Shown here piece after piece: positions 54,960 to 64,000 of a stretch of 64,000 nucleotides of DNA; within the stretch, counting starts at the first letter, position 1; each line of letters begins with the position of its first letter. The notes beneath the pieces were generated by a model that was not told the origin of the DNA, did not search any database, and worked only from the letters and a program-made list of their open reading frames with translations. Position numbers and translations under genes: made by a program. Location of the stretch: NCBI RefSeq assembly GCF_001194135.2, contig NC_068989.1, forward strand, positions 851,205 to 915,204. The letters run 5' to 3'. This stretch comes from Octopus bimaculoides (lineage: Eukaryota).

Positions 54960-56045
54960 TCTCCATCATTTTGAGCATGATGCTTGAGCAGGACAAAGAT
55001 GTTGCTGATGAGAGTGAAGTCTACATCAGATACTGTCTTTCTGGCAACCTGTTTAATCTCTGATGACTACAGACCCGCATGAAAGCCCTGGAGCAGGTGA
55101 TCTGAGACCCTTTCTTTCCCAACAATGCTGCTCCTGTTGCCCACCCAGAAACACCCTTGTAGCACATCACTTCCTGCTTTGCGAAGGCTGCCTGGCTCTT
55201 TGGTCTAGAAGTCAGCTTAATGAAGATGGAGGTACTCCTCTAGCCTGTACCCCAGGAAGAATACCACATGCCCCACATCACCATTGGTGAGACTATATTG
55301 AAAACAGTGCATTGGTTCATCTCCCCCTGAGGTGCACCATCATGTCAGATGTCAAAATCAACAGGGAAATCAGAAACAGACTGGCAAAGGTGAACAGTGC
55401 ATTGGGCAGTGTGTAGAAATGCATGTGGAACAACAAACAGCCAAGAAAGAGTACCAGGATCAGCATGCAGAGAGCCTTAGCCCTTACCACCCTCACCCTA
55501 TAGGGCTCTGAGTCGTAGGTTACTTATTGCCACCATCTACGACTCTGAAATGCTTCCACCAGCACTGCCTCCAACCCATTCACTGGAGTAACATCATCAC
55601 CAATGTTGAAGTCCCTAAACAGACAGAGGCCATGCTGCTGAAGTCCCAGTTATGCTAGTTGGCCATATCTCCAAGATGAAGTCATCATCACTTACCCAAG
55701 TTCAGTGAACTCTCCACCAATCATCACAACAGAGGGACACCAAAGAAGTATGTGACAAAAAAAAAAATCCCTTGGTGCCTCTCACATCAACCATCACCAG
55801 TGGCCCAGCCCCAGCCAAGGACTGTGATACCTGGCAACTCACCAGCAATCATGTTGTCTCCTCCATGCAGGGCCACCCTCAAATGCACAGGAGGAAGAAC
55901 CACAACACCACATCATCAAATGCTGACCAGACCTTCACCTGTAGCCACTGCGGTTGTGCATGTCTGTCCTTCATTGGCCTTGGCTGCCATGAGTATGCTT
56001 GCAGTCAATGAGGACCAGCCCCTAATTAATCTCTGTTTGTAAAGC
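54960..56045 (+). mobile_element. RTE (BovB-like) LINE 3' portion, decayed
   Basis: Frameshifted RT C-terminal segments (PQEEYHMPHITIGETILKTV; REIRNRLAKVNSA) and terminal CSHCGCACLSFIGLGCHEYAC zinc-knuckle-like motif. Confidence 0.7.
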
Positions 56046-57479
56046 CAAAAAGAATATACACACACACATATATATACACATAAAGTTTATTGTAATATAT
56101 AGACTCATGTGACTATCATGTAAAGCTCTTCTAGTGAACTTGGCTATCAGACCACATAGTCATCCAATACAGAGGTGTATAACGCAGAGAAACCATGCAG
56201 CTGATCTGATCAATGAAATTATTTCAGGAGGAATATTCAAACCATAAAACGTCAGAAGTTATGAGAGGTAAATATATTTATTTAATCACTTTGTTATCCT
56301 TAGGATTGTGGCCATACACATACATGCATATATGTCGCTTAAGCTATCAACTGATTCTAAGGACTGTTGCAGGCATTTGAGAAAATCTATTTCCCATCAG
56401 CTCTTAGAGTTTATTATTACCTCTCTCCATTGACTACTTACAAGGTTTACCTTCTCCATTCGCCCACCTATCGTTCCATTACATCTCTTGTACATTCATA
56501 GCTTTTGCCAAATTTGTACTTACAGATATGCATGCGTGTATATATTTACACACACATATCCTTTAATCGTCACATATTCATTTCTTCAAGTTTATCATAC
56601 AGTCACTTATTTCTCTAATTTTCTCATAGATTGGCTGACCGAAAATTCTAAGATTTTTCAATTCTATTTTACTATTATCGACATTTGCTGTTTCGTTAAA
56701 TTATGTTTCCCAAAAGAATATTTTTCTCCCTTGTGTTCTGACCACCCAAACTCTGCCCTCCTCCCTCTCTGCCTCACTCTGTCTGTCTGTCTCTCTCTTG
56801 ATCTCACTTTGTCTGTCTGTCTGTCTCTTTCGATTACCACTTGTTTCCCCAAGACTTCCTCAACCACCACCCCCAGCCTATATAAACCAGCGCACACACT
56901 CGGATTCCCCTACTCAATTTTTAATACCTCTGCCGAGGTATTAAAATCCAGAAGATGCACTCGTCTAAATTTGCTAGTTTGCGGTTTGCCCGACTCACCC
57001 CCTCCACATGTACCGGAAGTTCCTATCCTCTCTCATCCTTTGGTTGTCTCCCATGAACACTTCTAAAGGCTTCATGCCACCCCAACCCCTACTTAGGGTT
57101 TATCTCCTATGTAAGGTAGTGATCATATAGTGCATAAAAATGATGGTGTTGTGTATGCAGGTTGAATTGAAGGCTATTGTTTATGAATTCTGCCAAATGT
57201 GAGCTTTCTTTTCAGGTACATGACACTGCTGTCCCCCATCCCACACCTCCCACACCCTCAGGGTTGGCACACTGAAAGGTAGGTCTGGGGAGATTGTTGA
57301 GATGCTTGAACAGAGATGTGTCGATATCTGCTGCCTCCAAAAAGTAAGGTCCTGCTAGGTTCCTCACAGGCAAAGAACACAGGTACAAGGTTTTCTGGGC
57401 AGGAAACACTGACAGGGTTGGGGGCATGGGTATACTTCTTGCAGACGACTGGCTGGATGGATCCTGAGAACATTCAGAA

Positions 57480-58000
57480 CCAGAGATAAGGAAACCATGA
57501 TGGTCCTCAGCCGGCAGGATTACTGCTCACAGCTGTGGTCACCCACCAGTGTGAAATTAACAGCGCACCTTGAAGCAATCCAGAGAAGATTCACAAAGAA
57601 GATCGTCTCTTTGCAACAGCTCAGCTACTGGGAAAGGCTAAAACAGCTAAGACTCTACTCCATGGAGAGAAAGCGAGAGAGGTATGCAGTAATATACATC
57701 TGGAAGATCCTGGAAGGAATTGTGCCAAATTTTGGCATTGAAAGCTACACAAATGACAGAGCGTGTCGACACTGCACAGTGCCAAAGATCCCAGCAATGC
57801 AGTCGCACTTCAGGACCAGTTACTGCAACAGCCTGCGTTTCAGGGGCACACAGCTTTTCAATATTCTCCCAAAGAGTCTGAGGAACCTGCACAAAATAGA
57901 TGTAGGTGTTTTCAAATCAAGGCTGGACCTCTTCCTGTCGAAAGTCCCAGATGAACCTACCTCACGGCAAGAAGGTAGCTACATCAAACTCCATTTTATT
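57480..58000 (+). mobile_element. CR1/L2-group LINE ORF2 C-terminal fragment
   Basis: ORF 57497-58018: DYCSQLWSP...LEAIQRRFTKKI..LSYWERLKQLRLYSMERKRERYAVIYIWKILEGIVPN...FKSRLDLFLSKVPDEP. Confidence 0.85.
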
Positions 58001-58398
58001 CCAAGTGCCACATATTAGAAGAGGATCTCAGTAATAACAGTGTAGCAAAACAGCGGTGCTCCAGCATGGCCACAGCTCTGAGCTGAGACTACAAAAGAAA
58101 AAGAAAGAAAAGATGTATATACAGATATATATATATATATATATATATANNNNNNNNNNNNNNNNNNNNNNNNNNNNNNNNNNNNNNNNNNNNNNNNNNN
58201 NNNNNNNNNNNNNNNNNNNNNNNNNNNNNNNNNNNNNNNNNNNNNNNNNCTAGCATGGAAAGCGGACGTTAAACGATGATGATGATATATATATAATTAA
58301 ATATATATATTTAATTATATTTATATTTAAAATTATATATAATTAAATATGTAATTAAATATATATATATAATTAAATATATATAAATATATAATTAA

Positions 58399-58434
<36 letters not shown>

Positions 58435-58777
58435 TATATATATTTAATGATATATATACTTAATTATATTTAGTTATATATATATATGTTTAGTTATATA
58501 TACACACACACACACACAGATATATATGTGTGTGTGTGCACATGAGGAGAGGACTAGACATAGTCCAACTATTTTGCAAGATAAAATAACCCAAAACTCT
58601 TTTTTATTGAACAATCAAGTTGAAAGAAGAAATATTACAAATTTAATGCTGGTAGATTAATAAGATTTAACAAAAAAAAATTGAGAATTTTATTGGTTAA
58701 AGTTTAATAGTTTTTACAAAATCTTTCAAACAAGTGAGATGCCAATTTTGAAGAGCGTTTAATTCCTGGGTGAAATG

Positions 58778-59216
58778 TCATGATTTTGGAATACCTTGTA
58801 ATGTTAATACGAGACTTCTTGAACCTGTGAATAGAATCAGAAATGAAAATTAAGGAAAAAATATAGAAGAATAAGATTGCATTTGGTGAAGTCATTTTTT
58901 ATTGAGTAAATGTATTTCTCATTGTTATCCAGTTTTTATAGCATCGAAATTATTTGTTGGCTGACAATGAACGAGGTCTTGGAAATGACAGTAATCATCA
59001 ATGGCACATATGCTCTTTTACTAGTTTCAGTCATTTGACTGCGGCCATGCTGGAGCACCTCCTTTGTAGTCGAGTAAATCGACCCCAGAGCTTAGTCTTT
59101 GTAAGCCTAGGACTTATTCTATCAGTCTCTTTTGCCGAACCGCTAAGTTACAGGGATGCAAACACACCAGCATCAGTTGTCAAGCGATGCTGTGGGGGAC
59201 AAACAGGCACACAAAC

Positions 59217-59270
<54 letters not shown>

Positions 59271-62200
59271 NNNNNNNNNNNNNNNNNNNNNNNNNNNNNN
59301 NNNNNNNNNNNNNNNNNNNNNNNNNNNNNNNNNNNNNNNNNNNNNNNNNNNNNNNNNNNNNNNNNNNNNNNNNNNNNNNNNNNNNNNNNNNNNNNNNNNN
59401 NNNNNNNNNNNNNNNNNNNNNNNNNNNNNNNNNNNNNNNNNNNNNNNNNNNNNNNNNNNNNNNNNNNNNNNNNNNNNNNNNNNNNNNNNNNNNNNNNNNN
59501 NNNNNNNNNNNNNNNNNNNNNNNNNNNNNNNNNNNNNNNNNNNNNNNNNNNNNNNNNNNNNNNNNNNNNNNNNNNNNNNNNNNNNNNNNNNNNNNNNNNN
59601 NNNNNNNNNNNNNNNNNNNNNNNNNNNNNNNNNNNNNNNNNNNNNNNNNNNNNNNNNNNNNNNNNNNNNNNNNNNNNNNNNNNNNNNNNNNNNNNNNNGA
59701 GGGTCTTTGTATTTAAGAGCAACCCTGCATCCTGCTGTCTGGTGGAGATGAAATCAATCTGGCTAGCAGAATCACCTGGTTGATAGGTTATCAGGTGACT
59801 GTCTGGCTTCCTGAACTTAATGTTGCAGATTAAAAGGTTACATGCATCACAGAACTCCAGTAGCCTAGTTTCCTCATCGTTTCGGGAACCAATACCATGG
59901 CCCCCGTGTACACCAGTGAAGATACCGGATTACCGTCCAACATACCCATTAAAATCTCCAACCCGAATCGGACTGATTTCTGGATTAACCCAAAAGGATT
60001 CTTCCTTCATCAGTGATATATATATATATATATTTATTTCTGTCTGTCTCTCTATCCATCCATCCATCTTTCTGTCTACTTTTCTCTTAACTTGGTTATT
60101 TGATAAAAGCAATAAATGATAACAGAAAGAAGACTTGTTGTTGTGATTGTGATGATGGTGGTGGCAGTGAATAGATTAAACTGACTAAAATCTATTCAGA
60201 GCAAGTGATCCAGCATGGCCGTAGCCTAGTGACTGAATGTGGTCTCAGAAAAGTAAAGTAAAGGTAAGGAAAAGGAAATACTGGCATGAGTTTGACTGAG
60301 GACTAGTGAGCGAGAGGCTGCAGCAGGCTCAATCATGAACAACAGAAGTCTATTGTGAAAGCCATTCTTTATCTACCAGCAGACACTAAAACCCCTGCCT
60401 CTACTAATATATTATTATTCAAACTACAATTTTATCCCTCCTCATTGCCCTTCTACTCTTTAATCATCTTTACTCACGTAAAACAATGTCCTTTCTTCAT
60501 TTTACATTTTTATTTTCATACTGAGAGTATAAAGCTTTGCTAAGTTGATATGAATCAGAAAAATCAGCTGAACAATGCTAGCAAAGTCTATGTCGAATAG
60601 TCGAACATAACAAAATAGGACAGAGACAATCACTTACTTGCATGGTTTCGATGTTCAAACAGCCATAATCCTTGCCAAGTCCCAAGGTTCAGCTTCCCAT
60701 CAGTTACAGGGATGGAGAGATTACTGCCGATGAAGGCTGCTTTGATATGAGCAGGCTGCCGACAAAAGACAAGTGTGTGTAGGCATCGGTACGTAGGTCA
60801 TCATTATCATTTAATGTCTATTTGTATAAACACACACACACACAAAACATACGCATGATAAGTTATATTTTCAAACATAGAAGCCTCGAGTTCCAGTTCT
60901 GATATTGCATAAGCTATGGACACACAAGAGGTGCAGCAATATCAAAGGAAGGTTAACTGGGAAGATAGTTTTTATGGGTGGCAAATGCACAGGGGCAATA
61001 AACACTGAAAATGCGCAGAAAACAATTTCCATCAAATGCAAGGAGGAAAAACTAGAAATAGTTGATAGCTTCCATTACCTAGATGACCAAGTCAGTAGCC
61101 GGAGTGGATGCTCTGAGAGTGTAGCTGCTAGAATAAGAATAGTCTGGGTAAAGTTCAGAGAGCTCCTACCTCTGCTGATGACAAAGGGCCTCTCACTCAG
61201 AGTGAAAGGTAGACAATGATGCATGTGTGTGAACAGCCGTGACTGATGAGGACATGCGCAAGCTTGCAAGGACTGAAGCTAGTATGCTCCGCTGGATTTG
61301 TAATGTCAGTGTGCATACACGACAGAGTGCAAGCGCCTTGAGAGAAAAGTTGGATTTAAGAAGCATCAGATGTGGTGTGCAAGAGCTATGACTGTGTTAT
61401 GTATGGATGAGGACAGCTGTGTGAAGAAGTGTCACATTCTAGCAATAGAGGGGACCTGTGGAAAACGTAGACCCAGGAAGACCTGGGATGAGGTGGTGAA
61501 GCACAACCTTTGAACATTGGGCTTCATCGAGGCAATGACAAGTGACCGAGATCTTTGGAGATTTGCTGTGCTTGAGAAAACCCAGCAAGCCAAGTGGGAC
61601 CATAACTGTAGCCTATGCCAGTGTAGCATAATCGGCCCATTTAAGAGTACCCTTCAATCATTGAGCAATAAACTACACTTGCAAAGATCTGTAGAGTCCA
61701 GTGAAGTCTTTGTTGTGGCCGATGCCAGTCCTGCCTGATAGGCATGTAAAAAGCACAATTTGAGCGTGGTCAATGCCAGTACCGCNNNNNNNNNNCAGTG
61801 CCACCTGATAGCTTCCATGCTGGTGGCACATAAAAAGCCATAAATCCAACGCATAGAACAAAAGAAAACGTTATATGAAATTATTTACCATGTCATCAGG
61901 TCCTTCACACGAGTGTCGATACGGAATATTCTAGAATCAAAAAATGGAATTTAAAAATAAATAAATAAACCACAAAATGGTAAATGGATACAAACAATAT
62001 TACATCAACAGAAAGTGTCTTTGGTCAATGGTGTTCAGGTAAAACAGTTGAACAGACAAAAGTATTGAATTATCGATTTGTGGCTATTAGCTCCATACAA
62101 GTATTACATTCTTTCTTTGAGAAGCATATTTAATCTTTTATTGCCTCAGGTGCCTAGTGGTGGTAAATATGTACCAAACTTCCTGCTCATGTTGCCAACA

Positions 62201-62637
62201 AGAGATGCATTTTATTCAAGAAGAAACTTATTTCTCTTCCACTTTTAGCTAAGCTTAAAAACCAGAAACACTCATCTGGGAATCCATTAGAGGGAAGGTT
62301 ATGTTTTTGCACCTTTTAAGATACGAGACAATATTTTCTGCTCAGTAACTGCAGTGAGTTTGCCTTTAGAAGCTAAAATATGGCACAAATATATTTTGAC
62401 TCCCCAAAAGTTCAACTTGATTAGTTTCTCTCATCTTTTATGCAATAAAAGTGCTTGGTGTTGAGGCAAATATATTTGGACGGTTTGGTAATATCAGCTT
62501 GAACAGCCATAAAGAAACAAAGAAACTTCCCATTTTCCTACAAATCTTTATAACATTGACAGAACTCTTAATTGCAAAGAAATAAAATGAAACTCACCTC
62601 AGGTACAACACGGTTCAAGAACATTTCCATATCAACT
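58778..62637 (-). CDS. yjbQ: YjbQ / UPF0047 family protein (secondary thiamine-phosphate synthase-like), 3' four exons; 5' exons not found in window
   Basis: Exons 62637-62598 (40 nt), 61930-61889 (42 nt), 60755-60638 (118 nt) and 58824-58778 (47 nt, ends TGA) have GT-AG boundaries and join in frame: VDMEMFLNRVVPE NIPYRHSCEGPDDM PAHIKAAFIGSNLSIPVTDGKLNLGTWQGLWLFEHRNHA S SRSLVLTLQGIPKS*. EGPDDMPAHIK and LGTWQG..EHR are YjbQ family signatures. The symbol is a family-level name. An AATAAA lies on the minus strand at 58608-58603. Confidence 0.92.
60900..61850 (+). mobile_element. Decayed RTE LINE 3' fragment in a YjbQ-like gene intron
   Basis: KCKEEKLEIVDSFHYL...ARIRIVWVKFRELLPLLMTKGLSLRVKGR, then GRPRKTWDEVVKH-like sequence and tail. 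Confidence 0.8.
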
Positions 62638-63669
62638 CTATACGAAGAAAAAAAAAGAAAAGGAAAAAAGGTTTGTCTTTTTATCATGTCTCCAACTTCT
62701 GAAACCTCAACACAACATTTAATTCCACCAAACAGCAATGGAACTGGCTCTATACAAAAATCCTGCTGTGCACTGAAGACACAGAAAACACATTAATTTT
62801 CCTCAGCAATATTTCATGACTGGATGCTTTTCCTGTTGCCAAACCTTTTGATTCCCTCTTAAGTTATGCAGGGATATGTTGTACCAATTCTAAAAGACTT
62901 TCTTCTTTTATATTTCATTTGTATCAATGAAGGCAACTTCTTTGTTGACATCAGGAATCTGGACTGAAGGTTTTGGGTAGAATATTTTTTTGCTTTTAGT
63001 CGACTCTTTGTGAAAAAGGGGACACCACTTTTAGGTGGGGGGACGGTAACACTAATCATGTGTCTGGCCCTGTATACACAGGTTAATGTAAGATTTTATT
63101 TGTGAAAGACTTCCACTTCTTCATGATGCATGCTGCCAGCCTCCACCAACAGGAGACCTTCTCTTGGCACCAGTGTCTCTGCAGACATTAACCACACCCA
63201 GAACAAATACTGCAACAAGCCCTATCCAACTATTTGGCCGATTCTAGATCTTTGTAAACAGGAATAACTGGTCAGTAATGTCTCCAAAGAAGTGAATAAG
63301 TCCAAGAACAGCTTCTAAGTACTCCTTATCCACAGTCTCTACACAAACGGGCATCAATTGATTACAATGCCTAATAATTCCAATTGATTTGATAATCTTA
63401 TTTACATCAATATGCAGACTTTCAACAGCTTTAGCACCTATATCTGTGTGTGTGTGTGTGTGTGTGTAATCTTTATAAGTAAGGACATTATCAACATCAT
63501 TTCCAACAACGTCTCGTCCATTTACTCTCTGAAGCATTAGAGATGGATCTTTAATGTCATGCAGAAGACTTATCCAAAGACCCACAAATATATTTATCAT
63601 GGCTTCTCTCACCTCAGAACATTTTCTGTCTGCTGAAATGTTCCCTTTTAATATCTTTTGCTTCCACAT

Positions 63670-64000
63670 ACCGTAAGACGTGTAGCCAGAACCTCCGGGA
63701 AAATAACCACAGCGAGGGACATTCCACAGTTGAATTAGAACAGTCACAAACAGCGATAGGCATGAAGAAGACAAAGATTAAGTGGCCGAAAGCAAATGAC
63801 GCAGCAAGTTATAAAATATTCGACAACGAGGTATCAAGAATGACCACCAAATTCAAAGGCGACGACGAACAAAAGCTCGAGAACCTGGCTTATACAATCT
63901 ACTAGGAAGGAGAGAAAAGATTTGGACTGGAAACAACAGGAAAGGTAGAATCACCGGCAAAGAGCGGACCATCGAGGAGAGAAAGACGGATTGCAAAGAT
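63670..64000 (+). mobile_element. Probable RLE-type (NeSL/HERO-like) non-LTR element, pre-RT region, runs off the window
   Basis: IKWPKANDAASYKIFDNEV...KLENLAYTIY*EGEKRFG...SRRERRIAK, with an in-frame stop; CpG-rich relative to the flank. Confidence 0.5.

Noticed and set aside
56488-57066. 192-aa plus-strand ORF
   Set aside because: Low complexity, spans CT/GT microsatellite, and has no family motif.
58954-59783. Long ORFs with poly-X (also 19820-20131 and 45619-46336)
   Set aside because: Artefacts of N gaps and flanking repeats.
60726-60770. CCGATGAAGGC...GCCGAC hammerhead-like string
   Set aside because: It is the reverse complement of the YjbQ-like coding exon and its acceptor; the match is coincidental.
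62859-63774. ORFs 62859-63059 and 63244-63774 as upstream YjbQ exons
   Set aside because: No HTSASL/NEN-DPDV-type sequence or compatible phase-2 donor was found; the 5' exons probably lie beyond the window.

Overview
AT-rich, repeat-dense animal genomic DNA with several N gaps. The SINE/RTE families and microsatellite load suggest an octopod cephalopod; this is an inference. Three intron-rich protein genes were assembled by hand from splice sites and continuous reading frame. (1) Glycyl-tRNA synthetase GARS1 on the minus strand: 17 exons, 765 aa, with an 84-aa mitochondrial presequence and an AT-AC minor-spliceosome (U12) intron 11. (2) Mitochondrial t6A tRNA-modification enzyme OSGEPL1/Qri7 on the plus strand: 10 exons, 443 aa, head-to-head with GARS1 with only 229 bp between start codons. 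(3) The 3' four exons of a YjbQ/UPF0047-family gene on the minus strand, convergent with OSGEPL1; its 5' end was not found in the window. The rest is mostly SINEs, RTE/CR1-L2/RLE-type LINE fragments, mariner and hAT remnants. The most unusual item is an inverted pair at 6673-7180 of a tRNA-headed short element carrying a Penelope-type minimal hammerhead ribozyme motif. Also notable are an orphan YY1/NRF1/ETS-like motif cluster in OSGEPL1 intron 1 and a weak candidate spliced transcript starting in the CpG-rich left end.
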